Positions 25,344 through 35,598 of a stretch of DNA of 64,000 nt are shown here, piece by piece. The stretch's first letter is position 1, and each line of letters starts with the position of its first letter. The DNA comes from Azolla caroliniana (lineage: Eukaryota > Plantae > Polypodiophyta). A program made the translations under genes and the position numbers. Below the pieces are notes generated by a model. The model had not been told where the DNA came from. It saw only the letters and a list, made by a program, of their open reading frames with translations, and ran no database searches. The stretch is from the NCBI GenBank assembly GCA_043228905.1, contig JBHGNT010000013.1, positions 18,600,001 to 18,664,000 on the forward strand, in the 5' to 3' direction.

Positions 25344-26818
25344 TAAATGGCATTTGCAAAATTCAATTACCATCAACACAATTCTGAATGGTTTTTTGTT
25401 AATCAATGAAGCACATGTTCACCATAAGGTGTCTTGTTGTGCAACATACTTCTTTGCAATATCGATATGCATCTTTTTCTCTTGTGAAAATAGAGATTTT
25501 AGTACAATTCAAATACATGTAAACCCTAAACCTCTTTTATTTGAATAAAAAGATGATTTCTAAACATGAACTCCATACATTATATCGAGTTGATGTAAAA
25601 AACAAAGTTTTGATCACAATTACATACAATGTATCAAATTCATGTTCAAAGTTTTTCTCTCGGATTTCAAAAACTAAAAAAATAAAACAATTGAGCTTGA
25701 CTTGATGAAAAAACCAGTTTTTTTGACCACAATTCAATACAATGTATAGAGTTCATGTTTAAAGTAATTTTTTCAAATTCTTTTCAAATTGTTTTGAATT
25801 TTTATTTATTTATTTATAATTTCTATTTTGGGAAAAAAAACTTTAAACATGAATTTGATACATTGTATCGACTTGTGATGAAAACTCTAGTTTTTTCATC
25901 ACTTCAAAAACAATTTAAAAAAATGAAATAAAAGACCCAAATTAGATAGAAAAAATAAAAAAATAAAAAAACTTTAAACATGAACTCGATACATTGTATC
26001 AAGTTTGCATTGAAAACTTTATTTTTAAACACGAACTCGATACGCCGTATCAAATTCATGTTGAAAAGTCAACTTTTCAACACCGTGTTGAAAAACAAAT
26101 TTTTCAAGACCAACTGGATACATTGTATCGAGTTTGTGTTGAAAAACTGACTTTTTAACATGAATTCGATACAATGTATCGAGTTCATGTTCAAAGGTTT
26201 TTTGGGGGGGTTTTAAAATAAACAATTTTGGTTTTTTTCTATTTATTTTGGGTCCTTTTGGTTATTTAAAAAAAGAAAACATTGAAATGATGAGAAAACC
26301 AGAGTTTTCATCACAAGTCGATACAATGTATCAAATTCATGTTTAAAGTTTTCTTTTCCCAAAAAATAAATAAAATTAAAAAATTAAAAAAAAATTGAAA
26401 CAAATTACTTTAAACATAAACTAGGTACATTGTACTGAATTGTGGTGAAAAATCTGATTTTTTCATTAAGTCAAGTTCGATTTTTTTATTTTTTTAATTC
26501 GGGAAAAAAACTTTGAATATAAATTTGATACATTGTATGGAATTGTGATGAAAACTTTGTTTTTTTACATCAACTCAATACAATGTATGGAGTTCACGTT
26601 TAGAAATCCTTTTTTTTTCAAATAAAAGAGGTTTAGGGTTTACATGAACTCGAATTGTACTAAAATATCTGTTTTGACAAGAGTAAAAGATGCATATCGA
26701 TGTTGTAAAGAATTAGGTTGCACAACAAGATACCTTACGGTGAATGTGTGCTTCCTTGATTAACAAAAAACCATTAATAATTGTGTTGATGGTAATTGAA
26801 CCTTGCAAATGTCATTTA
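25344..26818. mobile_element. AT-rich foldback element (~730-bp inverted arms with palindromic sub-repeats)
   Basis: Sequence from 25344 (TAAATGGCATTTGCAAAATTCAATTACCATCAACACAA...) is the reverse complement of sequence ending at 26818. Repeated CATGAACTCGATACAwTGTATCGAGTTCATG-like modules. No TSD seen. Confidence 0.8.
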
Positions 26819-27116
26819 TTTCACAAATTTTGTAGGGGAGCTCTCAAAATGAAGAAGAGGAGAGCATTGTGGATACCTTAATAAGTATGTGATATGTTCA
26901 AATTCATATATTAATGTTTACATCTAAGTTTGGTAGTTTTAACAGTTTATGAATATCATCTACACTTTAGGAGTTATGGATTTATCAAAATTGTTTATCA
27001 ATATTCTATACATTTCTTGAGTTGTGAATTTATGGATGTTAATGAGCACTAAATTTATAGATGATGGCATTAAGGATTACAATGTTACTTCTTATACTTA
27101 AAACATTTTCAAGTCT

Positions 27117-27333
27117 AACAATAGATGTAACTTCCATTTCTAGAACCTACATCTTCTCAAGATGGTGAAACCATTCATCTTAACTTGTGTGTTAAGTTAA
27201 CCATTGTGATTTTCATATTTTGAAACAATAGATGTAACTTCCATTTCTAGAACCTACATCTTCTCAAGATGGTGAAACCATTCATCTTAACTTGTGTGTT
27301 AAGTTAACCATTGTGATTTTCATATTTTGAAAC
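27117..27333. repeat. 107-bp tandem duplication
   Basis: AACAATAGATGTAACTTCC...CATATTTTGA repeated twice. Confidence 0.9.
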
Positions 27334-30300
27334 CATCAACGTTTAAGCATTTATTGAAAAACTATTCAATTTTAAAAATTATCATTTTGAAACTTGTTAA
27401 ATCTCAAAAAATTAACAAATTTTACGTGTTATTTAAAACATGTGATACTGGTGTATCAAGTTTCTGAAAATCACCTAAAATTGCAAGATTATAAAAGGAA
27501 CGTATAAGTGGAATGCGCGATCCTTCCACTTGTGAACGCAAACGTGTTTGGCATAAGATGGGGTTTACGACGTCGAAATCGGACTCTTCACTGTTTGTTT
27601 GGCAAGGTCAACATTGATCAGTTAGCCTTCTACTGTATGTTGATGATTTAGTCATCGCCGATGCCGACCTGGACGAAATCCGCCATGCAAAGTCTCAGCT
27701 TGCGGCATCATTCGAAATGAAGGATCTTGGAGACCTTCATTACTTCCTCAGGATCGAAGTGATCCGCACCCCCGAAGGCATATTGATCAGCTAGCGTCAT
27801 TACACACTGAATATGTTCTTCAAGTTCGGGATGGCAAACTGTAAGCCCATTTCGACCCCTCTAGATAAAAACGTAAAACTTCGCCGAGATTCAGGAAAGG
27901 CGTGTGACCTGACATGGTTCCGACAGATTGTCGGAAGCCTCATTTATTTGACAATTACTCGGCCGGATCTCAATTACCCGGTCGGACGGATCAGTCAATT
28001 CATGTCACAACCTACAGTCAAACACCTTCAGTGCGCGCAAAGGATATTGCGATATGTCAGCGGCACGAAAGACATGGCGTTGTTGTATCTAGCAGGCGTA
28101 ACCAAACAGTTAGTTGGCTACACGGATGCTAATTTGGCTGGAAATGCCAATGATCGTAGATCCACATCCGGATATCATTAGGAAGTGTGGCAATCACATG
28201 GAGCAGTAAGAAGCAGCCGACAGTAGCATTGTCGAGCATGGAGGCCGAATATCGAGGGGCGACTGTCGTTATGTGCGAAGTCATTTGGCTGAAACGACTG
28301 TTACGGGATCTGCATGTGGAGGTGTCTAATTCGACGACGATCTATTGCGACAACTTTAGCAGTATCCACCTTGCAAAAAACTCTGTACTCCACGCCCGGA
28401 CCAAGCACATTGAGGTGCACTACCATTTTGTCTGTGAGCGGGGCCTTTCCGGTGAAGTTGAATTAGCATATGTTCCGACGGATCGACAGGTTGCCGACAT
28501 CTTCACCAAACCTCTTGGTCTCGACAAGTTACGGCCTTTCTCAGGTGAGCTGGGTTTGCGTCACCTCGACACGCCGAACTTGAGGTGGAGACAGGAACAA
28601 GAGAGTGAAAGGAGCGGAGGTGATCATTGCGGCAGAAGTGACCGTGATGCAGAGTCGGATGAAGAATTCGGTGGGACCTCAAGTTGAGCTTGAGGGGGAG
28701 TGTTGAGAGACAAGCTCAACATTCGGTGTGTAATCGGGTGTGTAAAATAGTTACGCACAACATGGTTGTAACGGTGCGGACACTGAGAGGCCGTATGAAT
28801 GATATTCCTCGTAAGGAATAGTTTTGGGAGTAAGTGTAGGATGCTCATTTATGAGCAGTCAAGTACTGTCAGTACTTGTGTCAACCCGGTAGTCGGGGCT
28901 TGTATAAAAGGTGCTCACTGAGCACGAAGTATGTACAAAGAGTCATTATTTTGAATATGAGATTTCGGTGTTCTGCTCTCTTGCTCTCTGTCTCTCCCTC
29001 CCATCTCCATCTCCATCTCTGCGTTTTCTGTGTTTTACCGAACTGTCTTACTTCCAAACTATACTATGTGTTGTACGCACACGCTTCCACACACATTCAT
29101 ATTCTTTAAAATACTCAATACATAATGTCGTTGACTTATCAGTATGCCCTCTAGGGTGCGGATCACTTTAATCCCAAGGAAGTAATGAAGGTTCCCAAGA
29201 TCCTTCATGTCAAATGATGTCGCAAATTGGGACTTTATGCGGCTGATTTCTTCGAGGTCGGCACTGGCGATGACTACATCATCAAAATAAAGTAAAATAC
29301 TAACCAACAATTCCGACCTTGCTGGATGAAAAGTGAAGAGTCTGACTTCAACAGAGCAAACCCCATCCGACGCAGTCTTTGCGTGATCTTCGTGTTCCAG
29401 GCGCGCGGGTCTTGGTTGAGTATGTAGAGGGACTTCTTCAATCGGCACACTGTTGATGTATTCATGCCGAACTGAAATCCGGGGGGCTGAACCATATAGA
29501 CATGTTCCTAAAGATTGCCTTGCAAGAACACATTCTTTACATCCATCTGATGTAGATGCCACCCCTTTGCCGCTACCGCCGCAAGCAAGACATGGACAAT
29601 CGTCATCTTTGCGACCGACGTGAACGTCTTATCGTAGTCAATGTCGTGTTGCTGCACGTAGCCCTTTTCCACTAACCGGGCCTTGTACATGTTGACAAAG
29701 CCGTTAGTGTTGTATTTAACTTTGTATACCCACCGGCAACCGATTGGCGTCACTCATTTCGATACGTCCAGTAAATCCCACGTCTCATTTTCCGTGAGTG
29801 CGGGCATCTCTTCCTCCATAGCGGCACACCAATTTGCACCCTTTGCCACTTCTCCTTAGCCCTCCGACTCACGCACGGCTACCACCTTCACCATGTACGC
29901 ATAATGATGCGCCATATACTCACTGTACCGGTACCTTGGCGGGTTGATTGGTGCAGTTTCTAGTCTACCGATTTGTTGTCCTTCTTGCTCGACTCAAACT
30001 TCTCTTCCGAAGGTCCATCTTTGATCTATCCATAGTCGGATCTCCTCCGATCCGACACGGGGTTCTTCTAGCGGGTTGATTGGCTTAGCTTCTGCTCTAC
30101 CAATTTCTTGTCCTTCTTGCCCGACTCGGACTTCTCTTCCGAAGGACGATCTTCGATCTATCCGTAGTCAAATTTGCTCCGATCCGACTCATCTCTGCTT
30201 GTGTCATACCCCAACATCTTCTTCTTCCCTTTTTCTTTGCGCGTGAACCGTCTCCTCAGTTCCTTGCGCAGGGAGAGTACAACCGAGTTGTCACTACTCA

Positions 30301-31488
30301 TTGGCTCTTCATCTAACTGGTCATTCCGATTCAGTCGTTCATTTGGCCCACTCAGCTGGAACGAGATCAGACTCTCATCTAGAGTGTCAAACCCTTCTTC
30401 ATCTTCTGCAGGGATCGTTTCGTGCTCACTGGCCTCATCCTCCGGAATAGGGTCGAAGTCAGTAGAGAGTACGATGATGTTGACTCATCAAATTTGACAT
30501 CTTGGCTTACTCAAACTTGTTTTGTTCGAGGGTTATAGCACTTATAACCCTTTGTTCATGTGAGTAGCCGACTAGGATGCACTTCTCCGACTTTGGGTCC
30601 ACCTTTCTCTGCTTCTCATCCAGTACATGTGTAATGCTACCAAATATCTTAAGGTGCCTTAAATTCGGCTTTCGCCCGAAGTATAGCTCATGGCCTGACA
30701 CCTTCTCCTCGATCCGGTTTTGGATGTAGACGGTTGTCTTGACCGCTGTCATGAAGATTTTCGTCCACGAGCGGAAACCCGAGCAACGAGAGCCAAAGAG
30801 CGATGTGCAACGTTGCACACGTACATAATGTATTTGTAATAATAATAGGGGAAAAGGGTATGGTGCTAGAAATGCCCATAAGATCCCTAAGGTATAAAGG
30901 CGATGTGGTCTTGTGCGCACATCCACGCGAGATAGAGAGAGAGGTACTATGCGATACATAGGTACCTAGTTGTTTGTGAGGAGGTGGGAGTTAAGGGGCC
31001 ATCAATCTCACCCTCCCCAAATCAAGGCAAATATCCTCTTTGAATGAAAGGGAATATTTTAGTCTCGTTTTTGTAAACGGTCTTCCCTCCTTGTGCTATA
31101 AAAGGAGAGGGAAGGCACCATTGTGAGGGTTGCCTATTTTGAGTGTGCGAGGTATACCACATAGGTCGAGCGTTAGGGTTAGGGTTAGGGTTTCTTGATC
31201 TTTATCTTCATCTTCGTCGGTTAGGGTTTCGAGTAGTCGTTGGGTGCGGCCTATGCGGCCACCATTTTGTAATCGTTCATTTCGTTTTAATACATCTTGT
31301 TGATCATCTTGTCTCCATCTTCCTCTTGTTCGATCTAATCTCTTGTTCATTCTTCTTCTTCTTGAGCAAAGCTTCCATTCCATGTCCGATTCCTTCTCCT
31401 CTACTCCTTAGTCCAAGACCCCCGTGGTCCCGCCCTTCTCCACGCACGCGCATAGCAACGCGATATATTTGGTGAACCCGACGTGAAG

Positions 31489-34440
31489 ATGCGGCAAGGG
31501 AGGAAGGAGATGGAAGCCGGAGACATCGCGGAAGTGATTACGAGAATGGCAAGGGATTTCGCAAGAAGGAGAGAAAGACAAGAAGAGGCGTACAAGTATG
31601 ATCGACGCGAGTTCGATCTATGGGTGTCGTTGGCAAAGGCTCCTCGAAGCGCAATGAAGGCATTCCGGGAGTTCGATCTCCGGTTTTCCCAACTTTCGGT
31701 CCGGGATCAAGAATCGGTGGGGGTAGACAAGGTCCCACTATTCTTGAAGTCGGTCAACGAAAGGGGAAGAATGGCCATTTTTCCCTACCTCGAAGACAAT
31801 GAAGGGGCGTACGGCCTCACCGAAGATTGGAACGAGGTGGAATGGGCATGCATGCATTGTGATGAGAGGCGGTCGGCCATAACGCGGCCCGCGAGCGGCG
31901 GAGAAGAGAGAGCAGCGACCGACTACGCACTAGCGCCAGAAGAGAGCTCAACGCAAATCGGTTCAGAGGAGCTCGACATCGAAGCCTTAGTGCGGGAAGC
32001 GTACGAGATCGTAGAGGCACAAGTAAAAGCCGAAGAAGGGCTTATTGCGGAGTCGGGCCCGAGCGGATCGGAGGATGAGGAGGCTGAAAGAGAATGGTAC
32101 ATCGGTACCATGGGAGAGGGTGCGGAGCGAGCCACCCTCTCGACATGCGGAGAAAGATCGACTGAGGACGAGGTCGGGGACAGTGAGGCGGTGATCGCCG
32201 ATTCGAGCGGACATGAGGGAGTTCGGGCATGGAGGCCCGAAACATCGAGCGGGGAGAAGACGGGTGGTGGTGCCGGGACCTTACGCACACCGGGCCTAGA
32301 GACTCCGGCAACCGGCCCGAGAGCCGGTGTGAGACCTAGAGTGACGGGCGGTGGCGGCGGCAAGGCGGGCGACCAAGATGGTGACATGGGAGAGGGTGCG
32401 GAAAGAGCGACCCTCTCGTCTTGCGGCGAATGGACGACCATGGAGGCCGGTAACTACGGATTCAGGACATGGCGGCCCGAAACATCGATGGAGGAGGAGA
32501 CAAGCGGCGGTGCCGCGACCTTACACACACTGGCCCTAGAGGCACCGGCGGTCGGCCCGATTGCTGGCGTAAGACCTAGAGCGACGGGCCGTGGCGGCGG
32601 CAAGGCGGGCAACCGAGACAACGGTAAGGAGACCGTGGAAGAGGAGGCGGCAAGCATAATTGATGCTTGCATATACGGAGGCGGGGTAGCCACGGACAAC
32701 GATGTCCGAATGGAGGTGGCTACAGGCATAGCATCAACGAGCGACGGCGTTGCTACCTTACACGCACCGGTTCAAGAGACCCCTGCGGCCGGCCCGAGTG
32801 CCCGCGTCAGACCTAGGGTAACGAACGGTGGCGGCGGCAAGGCGGGCGACCATGGCGATGATGTGGGAGAGGGTGCTGAGCGAGCGACCCTCTCGACTTG
32901 TGGAGAGAGGACGGCCATGGATGAGGCCGATATCTATGGAGCAGTGGACACCACTTCGAGAGTGGGCAAAAGTTTCGGGACGCGATTGCCCAAAACGTTC
33001 TACGAGGATTTCGCGAGCACCGGAGAGACGGCGGGTGGCGGCGAGGAGTCGGAGGCCGAAGTGGACAAAGTTATCAGAGCAGGTATCCGGTATAAGATGA
33101 TGGACGAGCGGGTCCAAGATGGCGAGCCCGGGTCGGAACGGGCTACGGTGACAAAGGAAGAAGTGGCCGACGCGGAGGTCGGGTCTACGGCGAATGAAGG
33201 GCGTAACACGAAGCATGCATTACGGTCGGTGAAGGGCCCAAGAACGAGCATGCATCCGAGAGAGCGTCAACGAGTGACCGGGAACGGTGGACCGATTGAG
33301 CCTTTGAGAGGCGAGGACTCGGTGGTGGACCGAGAGTGGGAGGAACCCTCCACACCTACCCGCGAGGCATCGGCGGTCGCGGATCGAAAGGAGAACGAAG
33401 AAACGGTGGGTGGCGGCGAGGAGTTGGAGACCGACGCGGAGGTCGGGTCTACGGTGGAAGCGCGACATGAGACGCATGCAATACGGCTGGTGGAGGGCCA
33501 AGACACAAGCATGCATACGGCGGATGGGCAACAACGATTGACCGACGGCGACGGTCGCGTCATGCCTTCAAGAGGCAAGCGCGGGACGAAGGACGGCGCG
33601 GCGAAACACCAAGACCGACGACATGGGCCGAGCACGATCGGCATGAGCGGAGAGTCGTGTCTTGATAACCGAAGGAGATGCACGGAGAACAACAGGGTAC
33701 ACACCGGGAAGAGAAAGCGCGGCGGCTTCCCAGAGGGCATACAAGGCCAAGCGGGCCAAGAGGGCGCAAGTCGAGGCGAGGCGATAACAAGAGCCTTGAG
33801 GGACACCGACACGGAGGTCAGGATGACGGTACGCTCTACGGCGAGAGAGCACGACGGGCAAAGGAGAGGCAAGGAATGCGGAATGGGGCCGCCTAAGGGC
33901 CAAACGATGAGCGCATATTCGGGGGACAACATCGTCGCATGGGAAGAGCCTACGGAAGGCAAGCGCGAAGCGGAGAGAGTCGGCACGCTGAGGTGCACGG
34001 CACGCAAAGGGCGGAATCCGGCATGTGACCGGGAGCGCATCCGGAGGATATACGAGGCGGACAAAGGAAGAGCAACTGGGTCGGCAACAGCGTTCGGGAG
34101 GACCGAACGGGGAGGAAAGCATGGGCATCGGCTACGGCGGGTCGGATGTAGTCGGTGGTTCAAGGACCCACGGTGGACGTCGCAGATTGGGTGGAGGCAA
34201 CGACTCGGCGAACATCGTCGAGTGTGGCGGATTGGATGGCACCGACGGTTCGAGACCATTCGGCGAGGATGGTGGACCGGAAGGCGGCAGTGGTTCATGT
34301 GGACGGGGTGGTCTTGCTCGAAGTGGAAGACAAAATCGGGCAAGCCTACGAGGACGCTAAGGACTCGGTCGGTCATCGTGGCCGAAAATCTCGTGTTCTC
34401 TCCCCTATGTTTTGGCACATACCGGTGGATGTGCAGTTAG
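31489..34440 (+). CDS. Uninterrupted ~983-aa gag-derived protein with acidic/Gly-rich internal repeats and a Trp/Arg-rich C-terminus
   Basis: The ORF fills the whole PBS-to-PPT interval. Its N-terminus aligns with the 40451 ORF (DKVxxFxKS...LEDxxGxxGLTExWxEVxxxC) and with the gag remnant at 37737-38275. No pol motifs. Confidence 0.7.
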   Translation: MRQGRKEMEAGDIAEVITRMARDFARRRERQEEAYKYDRREFDLWVSLAKAPRSAMKAFREFDLRFSQLSVRDQESVGVDKVPLFLKSVNERGRMAIFPYLEDNEGAYGLTEDWNEVEWACMHCDERRSAITRPASGGEERAATDYALAPEESSTQIGSEELDIEALVREAYEIVEAQVKAEEGLIAESGPSGSEDEEAEREWYIGTMGEGAERATLSTCGERSTEDEVGDSEAVIADSSGHEGVRAWRPETSSGEKTGGGAGTLRTPGLETPATGPRAGVRPRVTGGGGGKAGDQDGDMGEGAERATLSSCGEWTTMEAGNYGFRTWRPETSMEEETSGGAATLHTLALEAPAVGPIAGVRPRATGRGGGKAGNRDNGKETVEEEAASIIDACIYGGGVATDNDVRMEVATGIASTSDGVATLHAPVQETPAAGPSARVRPRVTNGGGGKAGDHGDDVGEGAERATLSTCGERTAMDEADIYGAVDTTSRVGKSFGTRLPKTFYEDFASTGETAGGGEESEAEVDKVIRAGIRYKMMDERVQDGEPGSERATVTKEEVADAEVGSTANEGRNTKHALRSVKGPRTSMHPRERQRVTGNGGPIEPLRGEDSVVDREWEEPSTPTREASAVADRKENEETVGGGEELETDAEVGSTVEARHETHAIRLVEGQDTSMHTADGQQRLTDGDGRVMPSRGKRGTKDGAAKHQDRRHGPSTIGMSGESCLDNRRRCTENNRVHTGKRKRGGFPEGIQGQAGQEGASRGEAITRALRDTDTEVRMTVRSTAREHDGQRRGKECGMGPPKGQTMSAYSGDNIVAWEEPTEGKREAERVGTLRCTARKGRNPACDRERIRRIYEADKGRATGSATAFGRTERGGKHGHRLRRVGCSRWFKDPRWTSQIGWRQRLGEHRRVWRIGWHRRFETIRRGWWTGRRQWFMWTGWSCSKWKTKSGKPTRTLRTRSVIVAENLVFSPLCFGTYRWMCS

Positions 34441-34871
34441 GTGGGGGTGGATGTCGTGAAGATTTTCGTCCACGATGTCGTGAAGATCCGTCACTACGCG
34501 CGGATCGTGAGGCGGAACCGCCGGGGTTCTGGACCAGAAGGATTTAGAGTCGATACAAGCTTTGGCGAGAAAGTACTTAAGATAGATTGGGAAAGAGAGA
34601 AGATGAGATTACACGATCAATTTGATAACGAATTTCTTCCTCTTAATTTTCATAAAAAAAACCGTGTCTTTTCTCCTCCCCCTTCCCTCTTTTATAGATG
34701 CTCTCATGCATATGATGCATGTGAGGGTACAAGACATGCATAAATTGCATGTTTGCCATTTGGCGCTTATGTATTACATGTGGTGCATGATAACCATGTA
34801 ACTCATTTTAGCTCTCATGTATGAGAATTTACATGTAAAAGTACAATGATAGAAATATAATTTCAACTAAA

Positions 34872-34940
34872 TAGCATGGCTTAATGGTAAGCCAATTGAC
34901 TCCTAACTTGGAGGTGCAAGGTTCGAATCCTTTCTTGCCC
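34872..34940 (+). promoter_or_regulatory. tRNA-like Pol III A-box/B-box module inside an LTR (copies at ~38840-38908 +, ~24020-24088 +, ~24200-24265 -, ~39812-39876 -, ~42640-42705 -)
   Basis: TGGCTTAATGG (34877-34887) and GGTTCGAATCC (34920-34930) at tRNA-like spacing; no convincing cloverleaf. Confidence 0.6.
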
Positions 34941-35598
34941 TCCTTGTATGTGTAAATATATATATATATTTATATATTTATTTATCTAGTTGCCGGACGC
35001 CGGTTCGCCGGATACCGTCGCCGGATGTCGTTGGTTACTGGTGCCTCACCGGATACCGGTGCCGCCGCTGGATGCCGTCGACGGATACCGGTGCTGCCGC
35101 CGGATCACCGTCGCCGGATTGCCGGCTCCATCGCCGGTCCGGTTTTGGTTGGCCAAAACCCTTTACGAGTAGCTAGCCCACCTCCACTCTTAGTTCAAGT
35201 TACCTTGAACGCTCTATGCTCCACACATAGACACAAAGATAACATCTTTTGCTCCACCTTATATATGATGAGAGTTGTATTTGTCGTGCCTATGTGGGAT
35301 ATCTCACAATTTTTTCCTTTCCTTTTACAAACTTTATACCCTCATATCTTGACATTTAGTTGTCCATTTCTCGTGTAATAAAGTGCATTCGAAACCTCCA
35401 TCATTTTGTACTTAGATATTAAATCTATTTAAAATGTTATCTTCACAATTATTGTACTACGTGATTCATACTCGATTTCGTACGTTTTATGGGATTTTCA
35501 CACTATTGCCGAAAATCTTCACGACATCCACCCCCACCAAACCGCACGTCCTCCGGTACGTGCCAAGAAGAGAAGAAGTGAGATTTCGGCTACGATGA

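Larger units (their letters stand above)
20161..29110 (+). mobile_element. Decayed Copia element of the same clade, with foreign DNA at 23368-~27530 replacing part of RT
   Basis: LTRs 20161-20563 and 28701-29110; TSD ATACT at 20156-20160 and 29111-29115; PBS TGGTATCAGAGC at 20564; fragmentary gag/INT/RT/RH ORFs. Confidence 0.93.

Noticed and set aside
31173-31192. (TTAGGG)3 as an interstitial telomere (also ~43713)
   Set aside because: Only three units, present in both LTR copies; consistent with a common telo-box-like LTR motif.
34872-34940. Functional tRNA gene
   Set aside because: A and B boxes are present, but acceptor and anticodon stems do not pair convincingly; reported as tRNA-like only.
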